From the NCBI GenBank assembly GCA_030603365.1, contig JAUVXV010000007.1:76616-140615 (forward strand): DNA of 64,000 nucleotides. The letters are read 5' to 3'. Source of the DNA: Candidatus Heimdallarchaeota archaeon. GTDB lineage: Archaea > Asgardarchaeota > Heimdallarchaeia > Heimdallarchaeales > Heimdallarchaeaceae. The notes below the pieces were generated by a model, which saw nothing but the letters and a program-made list of their open reading frames with translations, searched no databases and was not told the DNA's origin. Each line of letters begins with the position of its first letter. The first letter of the stretch is position 1. Made by a program: the position numbers and the translations under genes. This document shows positions 45,782 to 54,318 of this stretch, in pieces.

Positions 45782-46612
45782 ATGGAACATAAGGAAGATT
45801 ATTTTATTGGAGGAAAAAATTACAAGCTTTTCTACCAATCCTGGATACCCGTCAATCCAAAAGCCATTATACAAATCATCCATGGTGGTGTCGAACACGT
45901 TGGGAGATACAAACATCTTGTTGCGTACCTAACATCCAAAGGATTTGCGGTTTATGGAAATGATCATCGTGGTCACGGTAAAAGTGAAGGAAGAAGGAAT
46001 CACATCAAAAGTTTAGATGAGTTTGTAGAAGATTGTTATCTTTTAACAAAAATAATTCAAGACAACCATAAGGGTGTTCTTATTTTTGTAATCGGTCACT
46101 CTATGGGATCATTAGTAGCACAAAGATTTGCTATTAAGTATCAGAATGAATTGAAGGGATTAGTTCTATCAGGATCAGGTACAAGAATACCTCCTTTACC
46201 TGCAATTTTAAATGTTTTTGCCCGAATAATGGCTAAAATTTGGCCAACATTTAAAGGTCCAGCAGGAATAATTCCAGAAGAAATATCTTCGGACCCCGAA
46301 TCTGTAGAGGATTATGTTAATGATCCTTTGATCAATTACAAACAAGCTACTGCGGTATATGGATTGAGTCTAATTGACCATTATAAAGATGTTAAAGATA
46401 AAATTAGTTCAATCAAAATTCCAGTTCTTATCCAAAAGGGAGAATTAGATACTATGGTAATAGATTTGGATGAATTAATTACCGATTTGAAAGGAACAAA
46501 AACTACAGTTAAAATATACAAAGATTCTAAACATGAGATGTATACAGAAACAAAAGATAAGCGTGACGAAGCTTTTTCTGATTTAGTAGGATGGCTTAAT
46601 TCTCTTATCTAA
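45782..46612 (+). CDS. Alpha/beta hydrolase (lysophospholipase/monoacylglycerol-lipase-like)
   Basis: The nucleophile elbow is GHSMGS. The blocks HGGVEHVGRY...NDHRGHGKSEG are present. Confidence 0.8.
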   Translation: MEHKEDYFIGGKNYKLFYQSWIPVNPKAIIQIIHGGVEHVGRYKHLVAYLTSKGFAVYGNDHRGHGKSEGRRNHIKSLDEFVEDCYLLTKIIQDNHKGVLIFVIGHSMGSLVAQRFAIKYQNELKGLVLSGSGTRIPPLPAILNVFARIMAKIWPTFKGPAGIIPEEISSDPESVEDYVNDPLINYKQATAVYGLSLIDHYKDVKDKISSIKIPVLIQKGELDTMVIDLDELITDLKGTKTTVKIYKDSKHEMYTETKDKRDEAFSDLVGWLNSLI

Positions 46613-46619
46613 ATCCTTT

Positions 46620-47792
46620 CTATTCATCTTCAGGACTCGAATATTCTTTTATCAGGAGGCTATCTCCTACATTTATTTTTTCTTCGTCTTTAGGGAAGAA
46701 GAAATACTTACCTTTTTTCATTACAGCTAATATTTGGAAGAAATCATCGGTTTGTTCTGCTTCTTTTACAGATAATCCCACATATGGTGAATCCTTTGTT
46801 ACTGTGAAAGAATCTAAAGATTCAGAAGAGTCATCAACTACTTCTTCAAGTATAGCATATGGTTTATGTCTCATAGTTACATCAAAAGCTATCTTTATTG
46901 CTGCATCAGCTATTTCTTCAAAGGAGTCAGCCATTCTGAGATATGCCAGCAATGTTTTTTCTCCAATTAGATCTTGTTTATAGAGTCGCAAAACTTCTTG
47001 AATTATCTCAAATTGTAATTTGTCAACCTTATCTTCAGTTTGAATAATCAAGGTTTTTACTTCAGGTAAATCTTCAAGAGCATACAAATAAGCCAGATCT
47101 ACAACAAGCTCTGCTGATTCTTTCATAGTTACAAGCAAATCTTGATGGTACTTCAATTTCTCCTTTTTGTGACTTCCTTCATTGGTTATTATGATTTCCC
47201 TAGCTCTTTCAACAGATTCTATATTTCCATTTGCTAACTCGATAAATTGATTAACACTTTCTAATGGTCCGCGGAAAATAAGAAAATCACCAGATTTCAT
47301 AATTTCATCATAGTCCATTAAAAGACCTTCTGTTGGACGGATAATCGCTGCAACATCAATTCCAATCAAATCATGCAAATCAGCTGTAAGTTCTGAAGCT
47401 CCGCATAGCGGAGAACTTTCTTTTAGCTCTACTAAGTCTACTAGTTGATCCATGTGCTGTTGAACAAGTTTGATTTCATCTTCTATGTTTATATCCATAA
47501 GCACTAAGGATGCCATATCAGCCGCACTGTCAGATATAAGATTGTTAGCCTCACCTATGATATAATAAATCCTGAGCTCTTCAGCTTGATTTAGGCTTTT
47601 AATAGACACAGAAAGTCGGTCAAGTAGATTTCTGTATAAACTATCTATCTTTTCTTCTAGCACTAGAACCTGTCTAGCGACAAGTTTATCGGAGTAAAGA
47701 AGAGATGCAAAGGCTAAATCTACACATATCTCAGAGAGCGTTTTCATCTCAATTAAAATATCTTTCACACTAGTTGGTTCACTATCGCTCAT
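46620..47792 (-). CDS. PhoU-like plus TrkA-C (RCK_C) domain regulatory protein (COG3273-like)
   Basis: The layout is duplicated: a helical PhoU-like segment followed by a TrkA-C-like segment, twice. Example segments are ...GDFLIFRGPLESVNQF... and ...VGDSLLIKEYS. Confidence 0.6.
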   Translation of the reverse strand: MSDSEPTSVKDILIEMKTLSEICVDLAFASLLYSDKLVARQVLVLEEKIDSLYRNLLDRLSVSIKSLNQAEELRIYYIIGEANNLISDSAADMASLVLMDINIEDEIKLVQQHMDQLVDLVELKESSPLCGASELTADLHDLIGIDVAAIIRPTEGLLMDYDEIMKSGDFLIFRGPLESVNQFIELANGNIESVERAREIIITNEGSHKKEKLKYHQDLLVTMKESAELVVDLAYLYALEDLPEVKTLIIQTEDKVDKLQFEIIQEVLRLYKQDLIGEKTLLAYLRMADSFEEIADAAIKIAFDVTMRHKPYAILEEVVDDSSESLDSFTVTKDSPYVGLSVKEAEQTDDFFQILAVMKKGKYFFFPKDEEKINVGDSLLIKEYSSPEDE

Positions 47793-47908
47793 TGCTGATC
47801 GAACACTCTTTCATAGAATCATAAAAACTAGATAATATCAAGTTTTCGCTTCTAATGAGAATTGAAGAAAATAGATAAAGTTTTTAAAACAAGGAAATCA
47901 GTTCGATT

Positions 47909-49264
47909 GTGGTTAATCAAGAAAATAAGAAAAAGAGATTTTACTTTGAAAGAAATGAGATTCTTTCACTTTTGGGAATTTTCTTTCTAGGATTTTCCAC
48001 CGCAATGTTTTCACCTTATGCACCTATTTGGCTAGCGAGAATTTTCGACATAGATTCATACTTCATACTGGGATTTGCTGCTATTATACCCAGTTTTGTT
48101 ATTATTATTGGGACTACAGTTTGGGGAATATTTGCTGATAAATTTGGTAATAAACCATTTGTGCTTTTGGGTCTACTTGGATCATCTTTGATGTATTTTA
48201 CTCTTCTTTTTATTACTAATGCAGTATTCTTTTTGATAGTTCTCTTAATTGGTTATGTCTTTATTTCAGCTCAAACATCTAATTTTTATTCCTTTGCCAC
48301 GATAACATCATCGAAGAAAAAAGAGGTCATATTAGGCGAGATTACTGCTACCTTCAGCTTAGCTTGGTTGATTTCAAGTCCTTTAGCAGCTTTTATTCAT
48401 GATAATGCTTTTACATTTAGTTTACAATGGTATTCGAGTATTTCATTTGATCAATTAATAACTCATGGTTCTCTAAATCCGACGAATGCAATAGCAGCAT
48501 TTGCAACAAGTCTTTCTAAATTCTTCTCTCCTGAAATAGCAAATAACCCATCACAAGGAGTGCAACTATTTATTGCTGTTTTGAGTAGTTTGATTGCTTT
48601 CATAATTGTTCTTTTCACAAAAGACAAGAAACAAGAAAAGAAGGAGAAACAAGATGTTGAAGAAAGAAAGCAGAAAGGGAAAATCACTGATTTTAAGTTA
48701 ATATTTCTTATCATCATGGTCATAGCCTTTTTCCAACAAGCAACTTCTGGAGGTTTTTGGGCCTATGCATCATTATATTTTATAGATACTTTACAAACAC
48801 CTGCAACGCATTTTGGTTACTTTTTAATTGCTACAACGTCAATAGGAGTTGTACTTGCTCTAGCGTTGGGTAGGATTATAAAAGTACATAGAGTAGTGTA
48901 TAGTATTATTGCTTGTACAACTATTCAGTTAGTTATTTACACGATAATGGCCCTATTTCCAACTAATTCAACAATAGGATTAATAGTATATAGTTTCCCA
49001 ATGTATGTCACTTCAAGTATCAGTCTATATAGTTTAGTTGGAACATTCTCGAATAAACTTAGAAGATCAACAGCCTATGGGGTTTATAATACTCTAGGAA
49101 TCACAGGATCGGTTTCAATAGTTCTTTTCATGGGATTATCTGCAGATAAACTCCCTCAAGGAATAATGATATTACCTACTTTTGCAATGATAACGTCTAT
49201 TTTTCCGCTTCTATTAGCTATTGTTTTACTAATAATTTTGAAACGTAAGAAAGAATTAATCTGA
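47909..49264 (+). CDS. MFS transporter
   Basis: It has about 12 hydrophobic helices in a 6+6 arrangement with a central basic loop (KDKKQEKKEKQ...). The motif-A-like sequence is GIFADKFGNKP. Confidence 0.75.
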   Translation: MVNQENKKKRFYFERNEILSLLGIFFLGFSTAMFSPYAPIWLARIFDIDSYFILGFAAIIPSFVIIIGTTVWGIFADKFGNKPFVLLGLLGSSLMYFTLLFITNAVFFLIVLLIGYVFISAQTSNFYSFATITSSKKKEVILGEITATFSLAWLISSPLAAFIHDNAFTFSLQWYSSISFDQLITHGSLNPTNAIAAFATSLSKFFSPEIANNPSQGVQLFIAVLSSLIAFIIVLFTKDKKQEKKEKQDVEERKQKGKITDFKLIFLIIMVIAFFQQATSGGFWAYASLYFIDTLQTPATHFGYFLIATTSIGVVLALALGRIIKVHRVVYSIIACTTIQLVIYTIMALFPTNSTIGLIVYSFPMYVTSSISLYSLVGTFSNKLRRSTAYGVYNTLGITGSVSIVLFMGLSADKLPQGIMILPTFAMITSIFPLLLAIVLLIILKRKKELI

Positions 49265-49367
49265 AAAAGTTTAAGAAACATATAAATAAGTGGTCAATAG
49301 TGACCAGCAGTTTAAAATTATGTGACCAATCAAGATTATAATAGAACTAAACTAAGAGGTAAAAAAA

Positions 49368-49712
49368 ATGAACTTAGATAAACTCGGCGAAAAACTCGGT
49401 GAAGAAATCGAGAAAAAAGTTAAAGTTAAAAAAAGCAAAAGCAAGGACATAGACGATCCTGAAGAAATAAGAGAAATCTTAGGGGTGGTAGCTACTGAAG
49501 TTCCTGCCTTGATTAAGAATATATTCACTGCATTATATGATCCTGAAATAGCATCTAGCTATGGACAAGGAATTGTTGAATTGTATGCACAGTTGAAAGA
49601 CAAAGGTATGCCAGAAGATATGGTAAGAGAAATCGTCATGAATTTTTCTAAATCCTTTGATATAGTCGGTAATGCAATGAAGAATATTAAAGTCAGTACT
49701 GACGACGACTAG
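49368..49712 (+). CDS. Hypothetical protein (114 aa)
   Basis: ATG start preceded by AGAGGT. I recognise no motif. Confidence 0.5.
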   Translation: MNLDKLGEKLGEEIEKKVKVKKSKSKDIDDPEEIREILGVVATEVPALIKNIFTALYDPEIASSYGQGIVELYAQLKDKGMPEDMVREIVMNFSKSFDIVGNAMKNIKVSTDDD

Positions 49713-49737
49713 AGTTATCAATATAGAGGTGTAATAG

Positions 49738-50064
49738 TTGACAAGTAAATTCTGGAACATTCTAGTAGTAATGTATTACATCTCCTGTTTGATACTTCTA
49801 TTACCTTTCTTTGGACTTTACATTCTTTTTGCTAATGTGTACAGAAAAGGTAGAAATAAAAGAAAAGTGAAAAGAATTCTCAGACGAGGAGGATTACCTA
49901 AAGAACTTCGTAAAGGGGTCAGTCAATCTTATAAGAGTATGCTGAAGAGCTTTAGTATAAGAAGTGTTATGAAATCACAAGGTCTAACCGGTACTTCTGA
50001 AGAAGAAAAAGAGAAGTTTGGCTTTGTAAAAACTTTCAAATCGTTTACGGTTAAAGCTGGTTAA
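49738..50064 (+). CDS. Small membrane protein, hypothetical (108 aa)
   Basis: One N-terminal TM helix (ILVVMYYISCLILLLPFFGLYILF) is followed by a basic tail. Confidence 0.45.
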   Translation: MTSKFWNILVVMYYISCLILLLPFFGLYILFANVYRKGRNKRKVKRILRRGGLPKELRKGVSQSYKSMLKSFSIRSVMKSQGLTGTSEEEKEKFGFVKTFKSFTVKAG

Positions 50065-50065
50065 T

Positions 50066-50533
50066 ATGCCTGAAGAGGAGCAGAATCTAGAGGATCGAAT
50101 GTCAGATTTAGAAGGCAAGATAAATTATGTCATCCTTCAGATAAATAATCTGCAACATAAGGTTTCCGACAGTAATCCAGAATTGAAACAAATGATGAAT
50201 TTACTCCAGATTCTAACCTCGACTCTTCAAATTTCTAAGGCTCCTTTTTCAATCATTTCTCAAACTTTATCTCTAAAAGATAGGATTTATGACAAGTTCC
50301 CTGATTTGAAGTTTGATGCTATTTCTAAAACCATTGTAAATGTATTAGACTCTAAAGGAAGACTCAATATTTCTCAATTGACAGAGCAGATTAGAAAGGA
50401 AAGAGGTTCTGCTTCACGTCGAATTGTAAGAGAGAGAGTAGACAAGTTAATTGAAACAGGTGTAATTCGAGAAGTTGACGATGGATATGGAAGGCAAATT
50501 GAGCTGATAGAGATAGAAGAAGAAGAAAAATAA
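50066..50533 (+). CDS. Hypothetical protein with an N-terminal coiled coil and a C-terminal winged-helix-like segment
   Basis: It starts 2 nt after the previous stop. The winged-helix-like sequence is LNISQLTEQIRKERGSASRRIVRERVDKLIETGVIREV. Confidence 0.5.
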   Translation: MPEEEQNLEDRMSDLEGKINYVILQINNLQHKVSDSNPELKQMMNLLQILTSTLQISKAPFSIISQTLSLKDRIYDKFPDLKFDAISKTIVNVLDSKGRLNISQLTEQIRKERGSASRRIVRERVDKLIETGVIREVDDGYGRQIELIEIEEEEK

Positions 50534-50536
50534 TTT

Positions 50537-51487
50537 CTATTCCCATACTTCTTTCATAACTCTAAGGAAGTTTTTATGAGTAATTTTATCCAAGTCCTCT
50601 TTACTATAACCATTTAATTCTAAATGTTCAACCAATATTGGAAAGTAGCTAACGTCTTTAACTACATCTGGTACGGTTGCTCCATCGTAATCTGAACCGA
50701 AACTAATATGATTTACTCCCACAAGATCAACGATATAATCAATATGTTTTCTCATATCTTCTAATTGTATTTCTTCTGTTTTCTTTGTTGAATGTAGAAA
50801 TGCTACACAGAAGTTTAAACCAATTGTTCCATTTTTCTCAGCAATTGCTTTGATCTGATCATCTTTCAAATTTCTAAAATGCTCACAAACGGCATAAACA
50901 TTACTGTGCGATGCTATTATGGGTTTATTGGTTTCTTCAATTACATCCCAAAACGAATTGTCATTCAAATGACTGACATCAATAATAATTCCCAATTTGT
51001 TCATTTCATGGACTAATTCTTTACCTTCAGTAGTTAAACCTCTATCTAGATTATACCCTTCTCCTGTAAGATGGTTATAAGTCACTCCAGTTGCAAACCT
51101 ATTCACATTTGACCAACTCAATCCCATACTACGTAAACCTAATCTATAATAATTTCTTAAATTTATGAAATTTGAATCTAAACCTCCACACCCTTCAAAA
51201 TGCAGAATTGCACCTATCTTGTCCTTCTCAAGACACTTTTTAAAATCACTAATATTTTTTATCTGCATCAGTTGATTCTTAGGTTCTTCTATTAGCTTGA
51301 ACCATTGATCTACTCCTCTATAAATATCAAAATCACTACATCCAGGAAAAATTGCAAAGAATGCTGCGTCTACACCACCTTTTCTTAATCTAGGTAAATC
51401 AACATGTCCTCTATCTGTTTCTTCACTAAATGATCGTTCTTGTCTAGTTAAAGCCCATAAAACATCAGTATGTCCATCGATTATCAT
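50537..51487 (-). CDS. Membrane dipeptidase (peptidase family M19)
   Basis: The blocks are IIDGHTDVLW, IIDVSHLND, ASHSNVYAVCEHFRNL and ISFGSDYDG. Confidence 0.9.
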   Translation of the reverse strand: MIIDGHTDVLWALTRQERSFSEETDRGHVDLPRLRKGGVDAAFFAIFPGCSDFDIYRGVDQWFKLIEEPKNQLMQIKNISDFKKCLEKDKIGAILHFEGCGGLDSNFINLRNYYRLGLRSMGLSWSNVNRFATGVTYNHLTGEGYNLDRGLTTEGKELVHEMNKLGIIIDVSHLNDNSFWDVIEETNKPIIASHSNVYAVCEHFRNLKDDQIKAIAEKNGTIGLNFCVAFLHSTKKTEEIQLEDMRKHIDYIVDLVGVNHISFGSDYDGATVPDVVKDVSYFPILVEHLELNGYSKEDLDKITHKNFLRVMKEVWE

Positions 51488-51541
51488 TCTAAAATAGGTT
51501 TTAAAAAGAAGTTAAAAACTTTCTTAAGAAACTTTGAGTGT

Positions 51542-52378
51542 TTAAATCAAATTAAGTCTATTCATTACAAATAAAACAGTTAGTGTTGTAGAAGCATCAA
51601 ATTCTTCTCCATCTTCTGAAGCCCAACGACCATCAGATAGCTGTCTTTTATATAAGGTATCAAGAACCTTTGTAATAAAATCATGATTTCCTAAATCTGC
51701 ATTAATAAAACTTTCAATCATCCAAACTAAAGATGAAGATGGATAATTCTCCAATTGAAACGTTTGAAGCATCTCTAGTCCCCTTTGGGAGATACAGTTT
51801 TCTTTACCTTTTGTTCTTATAAAAGAAGGAATCGCATTCCATAGAGCATGTGGATAGCTCTTAAATCCTGCATCATCTCGCCAGTTCATTGAGAGATATA
51901 AGGTACATCTTTGGATTACTTTATCATATCTTGAATCTCTCAAACCTAGTAAGAAGTTGAGTACTATAGAAGTACAGTATATTCTATTTGGTTCAGTACC
52001 TGGTGTTTCCCAAGGAGAATAATCAAAATTTTTGATGCTGATTGGCTCTTCAAAGAATCCCTCATCTTTCTGATTCTCTAGCAGGAAGTTTACTGCTTTG
52101 TTAAGAAATTCTATTACAATATCAGTTTTTTCTAGTATCAAAAAATCTTTGAAGAATGCTATTGTGGGACCAATTGTACTTAGGCCCCCCTCTCTCATTC
52201 GAAAAGGAATACCACCATCGCTATTCTGTAGTGTTAGATATTCAGCTAGCTGATTCATTGTATCTGAATTTTCTTCTAACATGAGAGCTAATTTCAATTT
52301 ATCAATGCTTTTTCCCTTTAGTTTGATGAATTCGATAGCTTTATCCATATCAATTGAATTTTCATTCATCAATAGCAA
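51542..52378 (-). CDS. Prenyltransferase/terpene-cyclase-repeat (alpha-alpha toroid) protein
   Basis: There are recurrent Q/N-x-x-D-G-G/F/W motifs: LQNSDGGIPF, NQKDEGFF, WRDDAGFKS and RQLSDGRWA. Confidence 0.65.
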   Translation of the reverse strand: MLLMNENSIDMDKAIEFIKLKGKSIDKLKLALMLEENSDTMNQLAEYLTLQNSDGGIPFRMREGGLSTIGPTIAFFKDFLILEKTDIVIEFLNKAVNFLLENQKDEGFFEEPISIKNFDYSPWETPGTEPNRIYCTSIVLNFLLGLRDSRYDKVIQRCTLYLSMNWRDDAGFKSYPHALWNAIPSFIRTKGKENCISQRGLEMLQTFQLENYPSSSLVWMIESFINADLGNHDFITKVLDTLYKRQLSDGRWASEDGEEFDASTTLTVLFVMNRLNLI

Positions 52379-52418
52379 TTATACTCTACAGTACTTAAAC
52401 CTAGTGTGAAAAAGAAAT

Positions 52419-53228
52419 TTAATCAATTTTTAGTTTCTTTGACATCTTTTCAGCTGCTTCCTTTTTAGCTTCTTTTCTACTTCTTCCTTTACCTATAGTA
52501 GTAATTTCCTGAGTTTCTATGCTAACCTTACATTGCATATGAAAAGTTGGTTCATGATCAGTACCTTTCTTTTTAAGTAAACTGTATTCTGGGAGTTCTA
52601 AATCTTTCTTTTGAAAGAATTCTTGAATATGATTAATGGGATTTTTCTCACATACTGTAAGTCTAAGAATCTTTTCTCTTCCCTTTTCATCCTCAATTTC
52701 ATTCTTGAAATGTTGAAGATTTTTTAAGAACAGTTTATTGAAAAAAGCTCTTGTAACATCTCTCCCCTCTGACAGATAAAATGCTCCAAAAAGAGCTTCA
52801 ACAACATCTTCCAGATCAGTTTCCACAACATGATATCTTGGACCTACTCGTAGATATTTAGAAATTCCTAGATCTTTTCCTACTTCTGCAAGAGCGTTTG
52901 TTCTAACTAACAATGAACGTAATTGTGACATTATACCGACTTCTTCTTTCGTTTCTTTATACAACCATTCAGCTGTAAGTAAATCTAAAACAGCATCACC
53001 AAGAAATTCAAGTCTTTCAAAATTTCTAACAGTAAGATCACCTGAGCCAAAATTGGGATGTGTTAAAGCTTCTTCTAATATTTCTTTATCAATCTCCCAA
53101 TCAAGAACACGTCCTTTTTCAAGATCTATTTTCTTCATTTTTGACACGTTGAGAAATCTATCTATGATAGACTTTTTAAATTCATTCATTAGTTGTATCT
53201 GAAATGGAATTTCATAATCCTGTAACAC
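52419..53228 (-). CDS. rnc: Ribonuclease III (class 1: RNase III domain plus dsRBD)
   Basis: The signature is ERLEFLGDAVLDL and the second acidic cluster is DLEDVVEALFGAFY. The C-terminal dsRBD is ...HEPTFHMQCKV...GKGRSRKEAKKEAAEKM. The start may be an internal Met, since M14 or M31 would avoid overlap with 53204. Confidence 0.9.
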   Translation of the reverse strand: MLQDYEIPFQIQLMNEFKKSIIDRFLNVSKMKKIDLEKGRVLDWEIDKEILEEALTHPNFGSGDLTVRNFERLEFLGDAVLDLLTAEWLYKETKEEVGIMSQLRSLLVRTNALAEVGKDLGISKYLRVGPRYHVVETDLEDVVEALFGAFYLSEGRDVTRAFFNKLFLKNLQHFKNEIEDEKGREKILRLTVCEKNPINHIQEFFQKKDLELPEYSLLKKKGTDHEPTFHMQCKVSIETQEITTIGKGRSRKEAKKEAAEKMSKKLKID

Positions 53229-53656
53229 AGTTAGAATGGTTGTATGGAAAGTGGGAAGGGAGAATAGTTAGAGATGAGGAAGAAACAGAATCAGTTTTAA
53301 CTATCAAACCTATAGGGTCAGAAATAATTGAGTTCAACCATACAATTCTCGACAATAAGAAATATACACAGTTTGAGAAGAATATAATTTTTTATGATAA
53401 AACTCACGAAATTGTAAAATTGTTTACTATAAATCATGAGGGTTATATTGAGATCTCAGACATATCATTAAATGATAAAAGCAAAGAAATAATTTTAACC
53501 AGTACTTTTAGTTTAGGATATAACTTACCTCCTAACATGAAAATTAAGAAGAAATGGGTGGTTCAGAAGAACCCAAAACTAATGAATTATGAAGTTAAAA
53601 TGGGTAAAAACGAGAGAATCGTGTTAAAAGCAGAATTTCATTTTTCTAAACATTAG
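53204..53656 (+). CDS. Hypothetical protein, possibly a lipocalin/nitrobindin-like beta-barrel
   Basis: The N-terminal LEWLYGKWEGR resembles the L-x-x-L-x-G-x-W-x-G start of DUF1794/nitrobindin-like barrels. The evidence is weak. Confidence 0.4.
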   Translation: MEFHNPVTQLEWLYGKWEGRIVRDEEETESVLTIKPIGSEIIEFNHTILDNKKYTQFEKNIIFYDKTHEIVKLFTINHEGYIEISDISLNDKSKEIILTSTFSLGYNLPPNMKIKKKWVVQKNPKLMNYEVKMGKNERIVLKAEFHFSKH

Positions 53657-53750
53657 ATGTTTATTAATCTATTCATGAAATGATGAAAAATCCTTGAGAG
53701 TAACATAAAGATTATTAGCAAAAAATCATATCTTAGATATTAGAGTAAAT

Positions 53751-54242
53751 TTGCCAAGAGATTTTAAAATATTCTATGGAGAAAAAGTGCCTGATGAGAT
53801 ATCAGATCATATTGAATGGCACCTAAAAGATATCTATGGAATCCAATTTAGGTCTGTTGGTTTAAGGCTTCCAAGCAAAACAGCTTGGGATTCAGAACAT
53901 AATTCTTTTAATGCAAAGAGATTAGTAGAAAATCTTAATTCTGATAGTATTACTTTCTGTTTATGGTTGATAACTGATCCAATTATTACAGATGGAGAAT
54001 CAGCTTATGGTTATGCTGAACCATTAAAAGGGTCAGTAGTGTCTTCTATGAAGATGGCAACAAGAACTTTGGTAGCAAAAGAAGTTGTATATTTTGTAGG
54101 AATTGTATTAGGACTCAAAAGCTGTAAAGAGAATTGTGTAATGAATGAGTCTGAGAGTTTCGAAAAATTAGTACAAAAACCATCGACTTTATGCAATTCT
54201 TGTAAAGCCAGATTTCAAAGATTAAAGTTTAGGTACATGTAA
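53751..54242 (+). CDS. Archaemetzincin-like (peptidase M54-like) protein lacking the catalytic HExxH histidines
   Basis: KEVVYFVG occupies the position of HExxHxxG. It is followed by C-x3-C-V-M (CKENCVM) and CNSC, similar to the archaemetzincin Cys4 module. Confidence 0.55.
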   Translation: MPRDFKIFYGEKVPDEISDHIEWHLKDIYGIQFRSVGLRLPSKTAWDSEHNSFNAKRLVENLNSDSITFCLWLITDPIITDGESAYGYAEPLKGSVVSSMKMATRTLVAKEVVYFVGIVLGLKSCKENCVMNESESFEKLVQKPSTLCNSCKARFQRLKFRYM

Positions 54243-54318
54243 TTAACTACTATCTTGAAATACTAAAGTTTTTGAATACTCAGACTATTAAAGATTTAGT
54301 ATATTTCAGGAGAGTGAA

